A stretch of DNA of 64,000 nt, taken from positions 722,010-786,009 of the forward strand of contig NMRA01000105.1 in NCBI GenBank assembly GCA_002633005.1, given 5' to 3'. Numbering within the stretch: position 1 is the first letter of the stretch; every line of letters starts with the position of its first letter. This stretch comes from Phoronis australis (Eukaryota; Animalia; Phoronida). This document shows, one piece after another, positions 1-13,249 of this stretch. The notes under the pieces were generated by a model. That model had not been told where the DNA came from. It searched no databases and saw only the letters and a program-made list of their open reading frames with translations. The translations under genes were made by a program, and so were the position numbers.

Positions 1-2135
1 ATTGATTTCAATCGAGGCCTCATTGTCAGGCAACTGCATAGTATTAACTGCCTCGACCCAATACATTGGTCAAAAAGCATTTGGTCAATGTAGCTGACTC
101 CGCATGCTATGTCAAATTAGGTTTGACATACAGCAGTGAAAACAAAAGTTCCTTGACTTGGCTTTCTCTTTATGGATCATTCAGGAACAGGGCACATGAT
201 TTCTAATATATTTGTAACACTGTGGAATGTGAGTACAGTAATCACAATGCCCGTAATATGAAGGACGGGGGTACTAGCTTCTAAAACATGGCGAATCCAA
301 CTTCAGTGAGGCAAAAGGGAATAACATGAATAACATTCTGACGGTTTCATTTATTATAATCATTATTATCATTATTTCAATTATTTGTACTTTATAGTTA
401 ATTTAGTCTAGGACAAATATGCATGTACTTTCACAATACGCCCTCGCCAAGACAGATCTGATTTACAAACTTAAACCCTGAGAATTTACATGAGAAAAAC
501 TGGCAGTGAGCTTGAAGCACACAAGGGAAAAGGTCTAACGCAGTTTTGAATTCCACACACAGAAACTAAGTTTTGCATGTGACTACTTTTTTCACAGCCT
601 CCAACTCCACTATTTGAGCAGCTCCACCTGTTATGCTAGCAGTGAACTAGAAAGAAAGGGGATGTCCAACATTGTTTTGGTATTTTAAAATTTGGGCAAG
701 AAACAACTAGAGCAAAGAACAAAGCATTATTTCTCATGTACGTGAAGGACATGGAATCTAGTCAACTCTAAACTACTTCTTGTTGATGTTTCTGCCTTCA
801 AGCATGTATTAGCTACTGAACAAGACTCTTATGCATGAACTCAATGGTCTATGCAATTGGTTCACCAATAACAAGTTAACACTACATGTTTGTAAATCGC
901 AATAAATTACAGAGTTTAGTGTAATGCAGTTGTATAACACTGTTATCATTTCACACTCACCAGAGTTATATTAGCTTCCAAATGGATAATAAGGTCACAT
1001 TTTAGGAGACAGTCAAGTCCATTGTTAAAATCATGGTTGCTTGAAATTTATGCACAGGCATAGATTGCCTAGATCTTAGATCACAATAACACTGCATATA
1101 TAATTTATCAATTATTCCATTGTTTGATTAGGCTAGTTTAAGTTGGTTTTCTAGCTTAAACGAGTGTCCCTGTTAAAAAATCAAGGGCCCGGGGTCGAAT
1201 CTTTGTACTCCAAAATATTTCTGACATTTTCTGTAGTACAGTAATTTTCAAGATATTTCACACAAAAAATATTGGCAAATTTATTTTTCTACTTTTCAAA
1301 GGCTGGTTACTCCAATGAAAATAACGGTAATTTACCAAGTACAAAACACTTTTAGAATTTTTGTGGAAATATTTTACATAATAGAATTTCACGTCTCCCA
1401 TACAGTGTGCAAAAAGTGAAGAATTATAATAAACTTTTCGCAAAACTTGAACAAAAATAATGGCCAAAATTGTAATTTTTTCCCAACACTCATTGTATTG
1501 TCAGAAATGTTCAAAATTTTGTGTTTGCTGATGACAGCTGTACTATTAAAAAATTCAAATAATGAAGTAAAAATGTCTTCTTGTTCATTCTCGTAGAAAA
1601 TTTTGATGAAATAAAGTTTCAGTGTCACACCATATTGCTTTAAGAAACTTTACCCTACCAAAATCAATGTCATGATGGGTGACAGAGACATTAGTCCAAA
1701 AGCTGAGCTGTTGTAATTATGCCCTTTGGGACCTTCTATGCATTGGCCAAGTAGGCAGAGCATAAAGTCATCTATGAAATTAATTGTGCAGTTTGCAATG
1801 AATTTTAAGATAATGTGACTGTCCGCTGAACCATGGCAAATGTCAATATTCTACAACATATTGTCTGGAGGTAGCTTTAAAGCTACCGAACTTGAACATG
1901 CAAAAGAGCTGAATTTAGTGCAATATGTCTCTTACAGAAAATTTGAAATTAATGCTACCATTACAGCATCCTCATTGATGAGAGTTTACTACAACGGAAA
2001 TATGGCACAGCTACCACTTATGATCTGCTAAGTAACGATACAGAACGAAAAACGAACCCACTCATTTGGGTAAGTGCCAAGGACGTTTAAAACCAAGAAA
2101 CTAAAAATTAAAGGGCAGTTGCAATACACACTTAC

Positions 2136-2150
2136 CTAGAATTGAATTTT
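2136..2150 (-). other. Candidate 15-nt microexon
   Basis: Minus strand reads ggcTACTAATcccagtttgttttttttAG|aaaattcaattctag|GTAAGT: branch-point-like motif, polypyrimidine tract, consensus donor. Length is a multiple of 3 and it is open in phases 1 and 2. Host transcript not established. Confidence 0.45.
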
Positions 2151-5100
2151 CTAAAAAAACAAACTGGGATTAGTAGCCAAATGTATGTACAAATCCTTAC
2201 AGATGACAGCAAGGTACAGTTCTTCATGCCTCATTTTATTAAAAATTCAGAAAGCAGCAAAACTGCAGAATTTTCGGCCAGCCGTTTCTTCATCAAACGG
2301 CAATCAGGGTTGCTACATTAAGTTTACAGTACAGTACGAGTCCAATTTTATTGCAATATTGGATATCAACAATTTTAATTTCCTACGAACGTGATCTGTA
2401 ATGATGGTCTTTGTTACACAGAAGCGCACTTAATTACAGTAATTCAAAGTCAATTTTAATAATGGCATAAGACAACTGAACAACCAGTGACACACGACAA
2501 AGAAAGTTTCTTTAAGTAGAATGCATTTGAATCAATTCTATAATTTTGAAATGAAATAGGATTCCAAGGTACCATGGTTTAAAACAAAACCACATCAACA
2601 CCACAGAAAGCTCAAATAACAGTGGTCGAATATTAAAAACATCTCTCCTTTAGTTTGACTCCAGCTGACTGTCAGATATCAGCCTAATTCTGGCAGTCTA
2701 TTGTACCACATCACAAGTCACACAGCAATTATCTTCCATGAAGTATATTAAACTGAACATATCAATCCCGCTTGATATTCTGGTAATAGAAACAAATCAA
2801 AGTACATCGTTTTTGGTTAATTTTTATTATAAGCACTAATCATGTCATGGTCACTTCTAAGATTACGCAACACTTTGCCAGATGTCGCATTACAAGCTCA
2901 GCTCATGATTACAATAGCTAACATCCTGCGTCTACGGAATGCAGCCCATGTCCTTAAGTTTTCAGTGACGTCACCAGATGTTAAGGAGCCGACCACCATC
3001 CAGAATACATTTCAAAAATGACAGCAGCACTGTAGACAAAATCCTTTGCATTAGTGGAGCTTGATCAAAGAATTATTTATAGTGTGATGTGTCAATGAAA
3101 ACACTTTGAAAGTGGGAATCAATGAGCAAGAGTTCAGCCATGAATACCATAGCTTCATTGACAGCGCAAAACAAACTTGTTGAAAATCAAAGTAAATTCA
3201 GTCCACAACAACCAAAAATCAATACAGAGACTGAACATCGCTGAAGCAGGCAAGCCGAAGACGAACATTCAAAACTGTCGCAGGTACTATCCTTTGAATC
3301 TCGGAACGTTGTTTATGGTATACACAAAATATTTTCACAGATTGAAAATGAACATTAAAAAGTTGTTTGAAAGGATGAAAGGGTTTCACGAAGGTTGACA
3401 ATTAACTAAGTCAGTCTCTTCCGCTTCGACATCGGTGGAGAGTAAACTGCGAAAATAACGAGCTGTCATGGTGATAAAGCATTGGAATATTTATAATGAA
3501 AATTTTGAACTGACATTTCATCCAAATCAACAGCAAGGAAAGCAGTCACATGCTGAATCTAGGCATTTGGTATGAGTGATATGAATTTGCAGCGACTCAT
3601 GTGACATGTTTATCATTCAAAGCAATTCATACCAAGCTGAGTTTCAACAGTAGCTAATTGATGGTGAACTCATCAATGAAAGCCTTCAACAAAGCATCAA
3701 AGGCCATCATTAACACTGAACAATTAGTTAAGTGGGACTGGTCCCTCAAAATGATACTATAGCTAACTGTTCAGTGGAGTGAACAACTAAATGTAAGCAA
3801 AATAAGTGCATGAAAGTTAAATGACCTTTATATCCATAAACCACCATAATAGCGATGGTCATTAACAGAGCTACATTGCAGATAAACACAGAAATTGATT
3901 GGTTACGGTATTAAACCACAGACATGTTATGGATTTCAAAATTTACCAAGCACTTAATTGGAACCACCTTCAAACAGTGCTGGAGGGAACAACACAGCAC
4001 TTAACCAAAATCATCACCCCTAGAATGTTTAAAACCAATGAGGCAAGGCAATATTTGCATTTTAAAACAAATCAATGCTGTCCTCATTAAAAAGAGAAAT
4101 ATAAGAATTCTTAAAAGCTATTGTTGATACTAGCACTTTTTGTGAAAAGGACGAAATCAAAACTAGACATCCCAGTTAACAAGCCTTTTGTAATATGTAG
4201 CAAAACAGCATTTTAAACCATTTAAAATAAACTAGCTGCAAAGTGAGGCTTGACAGAAAACCCAATACATACCTTTAGATGGCAAAACTTAAGTCATAAG
4301 TCATAAGGAAGATTCTCCTTCGCAGGAGTCCAAGAAAATGTGAATATACCCTACCCACAGTCATCCCAATGCCCACCATATTTCCCCAACAATACATTAT
4401 CCGCCCATCACCCCTCCCCAAGTGTGGCCGCCACTTAAGGTTTCATTGCCCTCATGGTAGATCTGCAACCCAGACTGCAAAGCGATTCAAAAGTCACACG
4501 AATTTGTCACTTAATCACCAAGCTGTACCCTGCCACCTTCAGATACATGGGGCATGTGCTGAAACAGACAAGTTCTGTGACCAAGCACTAGATGGAGCTA
4601 TTTGTTAATTCTTAGCGGTGTCTGTTTTTTGATTTATTGCAGGAATATCAACTTGCTATCAAGTCTTTAAACTGGGTCAAATTTCACTTTTGTGGTGTTA
4701 CTATAACAAGTTTCACTCATTCATCAAAAACCTTAGTCATAAATGCGGGGTTAAAATAAGGAATGTTTCCAAAGCTATTTTAAGTATGATGTTGTAGTCA
4801 CTTGATCACAGTGAGAGTAATTTTTCAAACGACCTAAGAGTTGATAGGATCAAATTGCAAGACCAAAAATGAATGCCAATCCGCAAAGACAAAGAAATCA
4901 TTTGATTAAGTACAAAAAGCATGCAAAAAGACCAAAACAAAGCAATTTTCAATGTGTCTTCTATAACCTGTACTAGTTTCTAAAAAGTTGGTGAGTTTTG
5001 ACAAAATTTAACCCGCTTTCTCAAAGTTATGGCTATGAACCAAGGAGATAAGAAATGACACCAAATCATTTGGAAATTTGCCAATAAAAAATTATGATTC

Positions 5101-6290
5101 AAAATTTCATGAGAAGATATTTTGTCAACTCCACATAACACTGGCTTTAAGGGCAGGATCATTGTTAACCATATAACAAAATTGTATTACAAAGGCGAAA
5201 ACTTTTGCTGTACTAGTTGAGGACTCAGTTAAATCAGCTTTACACAGGACTTTGATCATGCACAAGATTAATAGTATCTGTACCAGCGTTTGCCCCTTTC
5301 CATGTTTCACTTATTTACCTGATGTTGAACACATCTTTGGCACCTTTTACTATTTATATTTCGCACATATGCAACTCTGTCCTCAAAATTTATTTGTTTG
5401 TATTTTGATTGTTCAAATGAATTTCTTGGACAATTACTTTGAAATTTGCTGATACCTTGTGAGAAAATAAAATTTGACTCATTGGTCATATCATGTCCTA
5501 AATTTGTAACATTTTAATGCAGCACCCAACGTGCCGGGAAAGTGAAATTCCATTTTGTCAAATTTCTCAAAAAGTATATATAAAAACAATTTAGTATGGT
5601 TTCTACTGTGTAGGTGTCTTATAACAAAATTTGGTAAAGAATCCCTTGAAAATGGAAAATCACAATCTTGTGCAAATTTAAGTAAAGAACTACCATAGTC
5701 AAATGGTAGTCAAATGACATCACCTGGCACCACCAATGACAACATAACACCAACCACTGTTGACACAAGTTACATTTGCCGAGATGAGAAATTTGATAAC
5801 ACTTAAAATCATTCAGTATATTTGACAGGTCGACATGCAAGTGTCACCTAGCTCAGGTTATGCGAATTTGGATGAGTTTTAAAGTTTTAATTAAGATGAC
5901 ATTTTCACTGTTACACCCTCTAAATAACTAACATGACATAATTATTCCCACTCAGTTTGACTGGCTTCCAGGAACAAACAGCAGTAGATTTGTAAACAAT
6001 CATACAAAATGTGACCACTTTTGCATGTGAGCGCCACAGACGGAGGTTAATCATGAAGACTGGAAATAAATGTATGTTATGTAAACACACGTGGTGTTCA
6101 CTATAGGTTATTATACTGAGATTTGTGAAGTGTAAACTGATTTAAACTTGGTCAAAGCACAGTTTAAATGATAGCCTGTGCATCACAAATCGAGATATAA
6201 TAAACCCACAACCTTCACCACGCATGTTCTATAAAATATCTATTTGATAACTTTTTAAGAGGTGCATTTACCGAATGTGTTGCAAATGAC

Positions 6291-7070
6291 TTAACCCTTT
6301 CGAAACGAACCCGGCCAAACCCGGCCGCTGCCGTATGCAACCAACCCAGCTCAAACCGGCCGACCTTACCTTCATAAATACAGTTCCAGTCCATTCACGC
6401 ATATTCTCGAGTCTGAACGTTATTTCCGTTGTAAACATCCGTCTGTTTGTCCTACCACATTTCACGATGTCTGACAATTGAATCTGAAGTTTTTTGAGGT
6501 AATTTTCTGGTAATTTTTGAACTTGTTTCTGAAAATTTAAATGTCTCGTGGCTTCCGGTGAAAACAACACCTATAGCAGTGACAGTGACACTAGTTTTGG
6601 CGGTTTTACGAATGCGCAAGTAGCCGAATTTCTTCGAATTTGTGAAGGACTTGTTGTCAAAAATAAATCTGAAGCTAATATCTACGATGTTTCATCGACT
6701 GGGGATAAGGGCGATGATGAAATCGCCGATGTTGCTGATCCAGTATTAGCAGCACTTGGTGCCGATTGGTCTCGGGACTTGTGCAATAATAATTTAATGG
6801 GTTTTACTGAAATAACCGGTGTTAATCATGACTTATAACCTTCAGCCAAACCTGTTCACTGTTTCAAACTGCTTTGCCAGATAGAATTTTTGAAATGGTG
6901 TCTCAGGGAATGAATCTTTTTGGCCAGCAGAATTTTGCAACATCACCGGAAACAAAATGGCAGCCAACATGCCCTGATGAAATAAAGTTTTTTTTTCTTT
7001 ATTGGGATCATGATGGGTATGAAGTAGATACCAATCATAAAGTAACATTTTCTAAGACAGTAAAAGTTTA
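6291..7070 (+). mobile_element. piggyBac transposon relic (left end and decayed N-terminal transposase)
   Basis: TTAA|CCCTTT terminus at 6291 followed by repeated (a)acccggcc subterminal motifs. Acidic N-terminus (SSDSDTSFGGF), then broken frames TGVNHDL*PSAKPVHCFKLL, IFEMVSQGMNLFGQQ and WQPTCPDEIKFF, typical of PGBD transposases. No right end found. Confidence 0.7.
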
Positions 7071-8406
7071 TTTCATGCATTACATACAATTCGAAATGTC
7101 GTGAATTCGGAATATGACTTACCTATACTTACCTATACCTACTTATTTGTTGTGGCTCATTACCTTCAGGTAATGGTTAAATGGTAACCTGTGACTGTTG
7201 TTTAACATTTTGCTGAGTATGTTTTTGGTCTTAACTGTTATTGCAAGCCAAATTATCCTAAGATTTTGGGCTTGTACATTGTGTTCATCTTTCTGCCTGT
7301 TGACTTGGTTGTTACCTGCTTGTTGTTATCTAACATATTGTCTTGGTAATGCGGTGAATACTTACCTGACTTCTTAGAATGAATTGAAGAACATTGTGAA
7401 TTAATTATTTTATTGTCTAAGCAATAAAAACAGTAATATTTTGGATGGAAATGGCGTAATTTAATTGACAAGCACATTATTTGCTACCTTTACCTGCATT
7501 TACCTGATAATTTGATGAGTTTCGCTCATAAAGTCATCAGCTACATGAACACCATCATATGTCAGATATATGTTCCAAAAATCAAGTTAATATCTTGCCA
7601 AATAGTAAAGTTATGGTCATTTTTGTACATGCACTCAAAATAAGTGGAATTTCTCAATTTAATGTGGTCTTCACCATATGGTGATTTTGCTGTAAATAGA
7701 AACACGATAGGGTTAAGAGTAACTAAACAGGTAGAAGTTTCTCCCTGGCCCCATGCCTTTGTTACAATTTTCATTCGAGAAAATGTATCTAGTACAGGAA
7801 CAAGATTGAACAATTGAATACTCGACAGTCACAGGCCAAAGAGAATTAAAGTCATCTTGAAAAATAAATCAGCACAATCTATTTCAACTTCAAGACATGT
7901 TCATTTTTCATAGACTTGCATCAAGAATTTAAGAATTGTGGCTTGCCAGCAGCAGACGACAGTGGACATTACGTTTGTCAGAAATCTTGTCTGTAAAATT
8001 CAACGAAATAATAATAAGTAAACAAAACATTAACAGAATTCAAAGGTTTTCATTACAATAGATTTCTTTTGCTTTCAAGTGTAAAATCCAATTTTTGCAT
8101 GCTCGCAGAGGCGTGTTGTTTACCATAACAATGAGTCATTCGTCGGCCAAACGACATCAATGGTCATTTTTAAAACATTGCTTTTGTGTGACTTTCCACG
8201 TTTTGATCATAATTTTCATCAATTTGAAATTAGTACCAAAGCAAAAATTACCTTGGCGGCTATTAGGGTGCTGTTTGACTTCTTGGGTATAACTTTTTTT
8301 CAGTATTTCACTTTGCATTTTGTGACAGGTAACATTAGTGTAGAGATGACACTACTTAGGAGAGTATAGATGACCTTTAGGTTCACCATAGTGGAATAAC
8401 TATATT

Positions 8407-8567
8407 CAGTGGCGGATTTAGAGGGGGGCCAAGGGGACCATGCACCCCCTAAAATTCTCCCAGATTACATTTGGCAATTCAGTGGTGCAAATGTCTGATG
8501 AACAAAATCCTGGCTAATACTCTGCCCTGCCCCAGCCCCCCAACTCAAAATCCTGGATCTGCCCCAG
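8407..8567. mobile_element. CAGTGGCGGAT-ended MITE with 5-bp TSD (ATATT), copy 1
   Basis: Termini CAGTGGCGGATTTAG ... CTGGATCTGCCCCAG flanked by ATATT at 8402-8406 and 8568-8572. Homologous over its full length to 55619-55780. Confidence 0.8.
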
Positions 8568-8848
8568 ATATTCCCAGTCACAGTTGGATATACTATAGCA
8601 CATTCACATCATATATTAATGATGAAGCAGTTTAACTTGTACACTTTGAGCGGAAGAGTACACTGTACTTTGTAGATTATGAACAGCTCTTAAATTACAT
8701 TTACGATAAGTATTCAAATGGTTTTTACCAAAACTACTTTCAGTAATGGAAATGAAAAGCCAATCCAAACTAGTGCCACTGTTTTATTTCAACGCTTCCG
8801 GGTGCTGACTCAACAAATGCAATAATTGATGGCGAACCTATTCAGGTA

Positions 8849-8913
8849 CAACACACGCGCGCGCACACGCACACATACACACACACACACGCACACACAC
8901 ACACACACACACA
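8849..8913. repeat. (CA)n/(CG) microsatellite
   Basis: Direct inspection. Confidence 0.95.
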
Positions 8914-10986
8914 CGTGAATCTGAAAATTGTTCTTGAGCCCTATTGAAGTCACACAGGAACATCTAGCAGATGAATCAGCAGGACATTGTGGTGAAAAGA
9001 CGCACTAATCATTTTAAAATATAACGTGCACAGGCCACTCAAAAAGACCCATTGCACTGATCATCTAGAATCATTTTATGCTTTATTAATATATGGTTAA
9101 AACGGAGTTGAGGAGCTAGAGGCCTGAATAAAGGGTCTGACAGTGAGAGCCAGTGGGACATGAACCCACACTGCCTCCTACAAACCAATCGTTTTTGTTG
9201 AATTGAAAAATAATTGTACAACCAAAAATGTAGTTGTGGATGTAAGTTTTTAGTAAAAAATCACTAGTCATCACTGAGAGAAGTAGATAACCCAAGATTC
9301 TGACTGGAACTAGAAGTGGACTTGATGCAGACCAAGTGGATGAAAACATTTCACTATACTCAGTAATAACTACTTTCATCAAGGCTCAAGCTTAGAGTTG
9401 ATAAAAGTTCAAAATATGAAATTTGCCAGTTGACACAAAATTGCTTTTATCAATTCAAGGGCCCTTTGCACCAGTGTCAACAAATCCATGTTATGGGGAG
9501 TGTACGAACAATTAACTTTGATTTTTGATCAATGTCGAGAGCACAAAAATAACTTCAAATTAAATAGGTAAATTTTAACAGCACAGCGTCGATGCTTCGG
9601 TATGATACAAAGGCTCCATTGAAGGAAGAATGTCTGTCCATAATGGCATGTATTATGGTATGATTCATAGTTTTAAAAATTCACCACTCTAGCATTAAAA
9701 GTACTCTACAAAATTGTGTAGAAGTTATTAAATTAATTAATATACCATCTCTATGTTATTTCACTCATTACTTGCGCCTGCATGTTTTCAGGGAGCAACA
9801 ACCTCGACGACCCATGCATGAAACGGTTATATTTTCCTATAACAAAGCTTGTCGGAAATGTTCAACTAACTTCGAAGTTTGCATCGATGCTTTTTCTGCT
9901 GATGAAGATGTAACGGTGAGTAAAGCTTAATGATCGAAAACAAAACAACTTTCACATACCTGCTATTACACAGTAACAGCAAACATCACTTTTAACATCC
10001 ACACTAGAAAGGAAAACTTCACAGTCTACCTGTATAGCTCTCTCACGATGAAATAAATATTTATACCTTGGTAGGCACTTATAATCAACTGTCAACAAAG
10101 GTATTGATTTTTTGATGCGACATTTCACTTGAGTTAGCCAATGATATGGCATGTGTCTGCAAGACTCTCAATACTATTAGGATGTAACAGACAGATAGCT
10201 GCTTATAACGTCCCTACATATTGTGTACAGAGTGACCCAAACAAACCCAAACCAACAAAAATGTAATCTATCCTACATTTGGTGGACTCAACTGCAGTGT
10301 ATGTATGATAATTCTAAAAAAAGTTTAACCATAAATGTCAGTTTGCATTAGATTTTTTGTTCTTTCCAAAAGAATTTATAATTTTCTGGGTTCAATTTTT
10401 TGGTTCTTTGAGTTCATTTTATAGCTGTGAAAAATACCTTTTATCAAAGATAGTAACTTTTAATGAGAACTTTTTCATGCAGAACAGAATCTAGTCCAAG
10501 ACCTGTCTCGTGGCAAGAAAAATCTCGCCAAAATCATGTGCTCACACGACGGTATCTCATAGAATCTTGTGAGATCTTGCTTTTCTTGTGAAACACCAGC
10601 GTTATTGAACTTGATCCAGGTCTGAACGTGTTCCTTGTTCTTTAGAGAACTATTTCTTGGCTCAGAAAGAACTGGCAGTTTATAATTACTAGAGTAAATG
10701 GTAAGTGGGTGAAATAACCAGCCAAGACAAGCCAACTTATTGAGCCTGATCTCAAGAAGTTCTTCGTGACACTAGAAATCCCCAAAGGATTTTTTTATTG
10801 TGATTTTGTTGACTCTTCTAAATCATTTGATACAATTCTACATCAAGTGCTTTGGCTTAGGCTCTAAAAATGGAAATCATGTTACTCTTTGAGAATTTCA
10901 CAGCAAAACAAAGCAAATATCTGACGTACAACTATTATTAAAATCTCTTGGTCTATTTACACCGACCTCTAGTCTATATACACTGT

Positions 10987-11028
10987 CACGACGTTTCGTT
11001 CGGTCTGTTCTCCGGCCATCGTCAGGTG
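10987..11028 (-). ncRNA. Minimal type I hammerhead ribozyme motif (left arm)
   Basis: cac-CTGACGA-tggccggagaacagaccgaac-GAAA-c-GTC-gtg: conserved core, stem I cac/gtg, palindromic ACGT stem III. Stem II partly decayed. Confidence 0.65.
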
Positions 11029-11068
11029 TTCCCGCATGGATACGTGGTACACTCATGGTGTGATTTTT

Positions 11069-11151
11069 TGTGCGAGGCAGGATTTGAACCCACGACTTCC
11101 GAAACTACAGATAATTCGAGTCCACCAACTTAACCACTACAACACGTGCTC
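11069..11151 (-). pseudogene. tRNA-derived SINE head (Ser-CGA-like loop, long variable region); not a functional tRNA
   Basis: Minus strand GAGCACG-TGTTGTAGTGGTTAAG (A-box-like) ... GTGGA-CTCGAAT ... GTGGG-TTCAAAT-CCTGC (T arm/B box). Acceptor and anticodon stems pair poorly. Confidence 0.7.
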
Positions 11152-11172
11152 GTTCTTCTAAGAACGCGGGAA

Positions 11173-11214
11173 CACCTGACGATGGCCGCAGAAGAGACCA
11201 ACCGAAATGTCGTG
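11173..11214 (+). ncRNA. Minimal type I hammerhead ribozyme motif (right arm)
   Basis: cac-CTGACGA-tggccgcagaagagaccaacc-GAAA-t-GTC-gtg. Inverted copy of the left motif with independent substitutions. Confidence 0.6.
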
Positions 11215-13249
11215 ACAGTGTATATAGACTAGAGGTCGGTGTAAATAGACCAAGAGATTTTAACAATAGTTGTAATATGCCACCACCTCAGAGCGGTTTT
11301 AGGAAGTCATTAAATATCTGATGTGTGTGAGAAGACCTGATGGTATAATGTACTGTTAGTATTAGACAAGGATGTATTGCGCCCTCTTTTGTTTACTTTG
11401 TAACTGAATAAATTTGTCCATCCATGTCAAAATGTCACTGATATGAAAGTATTGTTATATGCCGATTATATGGCCCTTTACACCGACTCACCAGTTACAC
11501 TACCAACTGCAGACTTTCGTTCACTTCTGACAAACTTTGTCAGAAATTTGGTAGGTTAGTAGATTTTGTGAATATCCAAATTATGATGTTGAAAAATTAT
11601 CAAATGTGGAAAACTCAAAGTGGTTTCTAGTAATAAGTATCTTGGTGTTACGTTCAATATATTCAAAATCATTGTACACCACAGCTTAATCAGACCTTGT
11701 CAGCCCAAGCTACTAAGGTTGCCATTGCAGTCGATGAACTAGAGAATTATCAATGCTTTAAAATGGTTGGTACTAACAAAAATGGGCTTGTTCAAGAACA
11801 CGTATGGCCACAAGGGAACACTAGCGTGTACTCTTATGTGTATGGCATAATCGAGGAGTAATTAGGCTAGACCTGGTGAGACTTCAATCACTGTCCTCGA
11901 CACAGCGTAATTCCTACCATTAATGATGATTTCACAACTAGAATAATATGGATCATTGTTGATCAACTTTTGTAAGTAAATAGTGTTTTATCCTCATTAA
12001 CAACTTTATTTTTTAACTAGTTCAAATATCAGCAAACTATCTAAGTTATTTCCCCTGACATCAGATGTTGGGGAATCCCTTCATGGAATCTGATGTTCAT
12101 TACATTATCACCTTCATCTCGATGGAGACAATCACGAAAGTGTGTAAACTGTTGCAGCTAGGTTTTGGATTAAAACTCAAGCAGAAGGGTTGTATGTTAT
12201 CGGTATCTAAACAAAAAAGACGTTCCGGCCGTTCTGCCATACTGCCTAAAGACACCATGTTTACAAAAGCGCCATCTACCAAGCAAAATGACGGAAGTGA
12301 ACTATTTTCCTAAAGACTAATATACTCCATATAAGTAAGATAATACACGCAAGTGTTGGCTTACGTAGTAAATGGTTCAGATAGGCTTACATTGTCAAAT
12401 TATGGCTTCTACAAACTTGTATTGCATGTGAAGATTCATGCCTTCGAAATTTTAACAAAAGAATAACTGAGAAACACAAAGGTTCCATTATTACTACAAC
12501 CCTTTCAATGAAAACAATGCCATCAGACTACAATGCAACAAGCAAAAACCCTTTCTCTCTACTACACTTAGACCTTAACAACACGGATCTGTTTTTTGTT
12601 ACAATACTATTTCAAAACAAAGCCTTTCAAGACAACAGAGCAGTGTTCTAGTTCATGTGTCAACTAGTGCCAGTACCATCAGACATGGAAAGCTATGTAA
12701 AATACACTGTAACTTAATAAATTACAAAGACATCAGGAGAAACAGTGAGAGAGCCTCAAAAAGGATTTTTATTAAAAGCATAAGAAAAATTGTCTGGTTT
12801 TCATCGGCAATTCACCAAAACAAGGTGAACAAAACAAAGAAGCAGAAAGGAGTGACAATTAGGACATTTTACCTTTACATCTCTAAAAAGCAGATACGTG
12901 TGAATGCAAGGAGCAAAATTGAGTTTTGCTGTTGGCTTCATGAAAGTTAACATAAGATGGCAGTCAGAGAAGATAACTCTGCACTTAAGTTCACTAAACA
13001 TAAAAAATAATACGATAATGAAATAAAATGCCTTTGCAAGTAGGATGGAAAATATGAAGAAGAATGTGATAACAAATGTTACCATGATGTAGAGCATATA
13101 GTATTAAAATGTGCCCACGACTGCAGCGCAAACAGTATCCTTCCAGGCATGTTTATTCGTATAAAAATGGCCACCACATGAGCAGAATAAGCTGAACCAA
13201 TCAGAAAATGGGAAGGCCTCGTCCTCTCCCTAAAAAAACTTGTTAGCCA

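Larger units (their letters stand above)
10928..11311. mobile_element. tRNA-headed element with inverted hammerhead-bearing arms (candidate Penelope-mobilised SINE)
   Basis: ~108-bp inverted arms (10927-11035 and 11166-11274), a central tRNA-like segment on the minus strand, an unpaired 37-bp tail at 11275-11311, and flanking direct repeat AAATATCTGA(C/T)GT at 10915-10927 and 11312-11324. Confidence 0.8.
10790..11800 (+). pseudogene. Decayed non-LTR (CR1/L2-like) reverse transcriptase fragment, interrupted by the 10928-11311 element
   Basis: Broken frames give FVDSSKSFDTILHQVLWLRL, IRQGC and LLYADYMAL in RT motif order (D-x-x-KAFD, G-x-R-QG, YADD). Boundaries approximate. Confidence 0.7.

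Noticed and set aside
11069-11151. Functional tRNA-Ser gene
   Set aside because: Acceptor, D and anticodon stems pair poorly, and it is embedded in a TSD-flanked element.
10928-11274. Ordinary MITE interpretation of the inverted arms
   Set aside because: The TSD lies outside an asymmetric 37-bp tail and is ~13 bp long, and the arms carry hammerhead cores.
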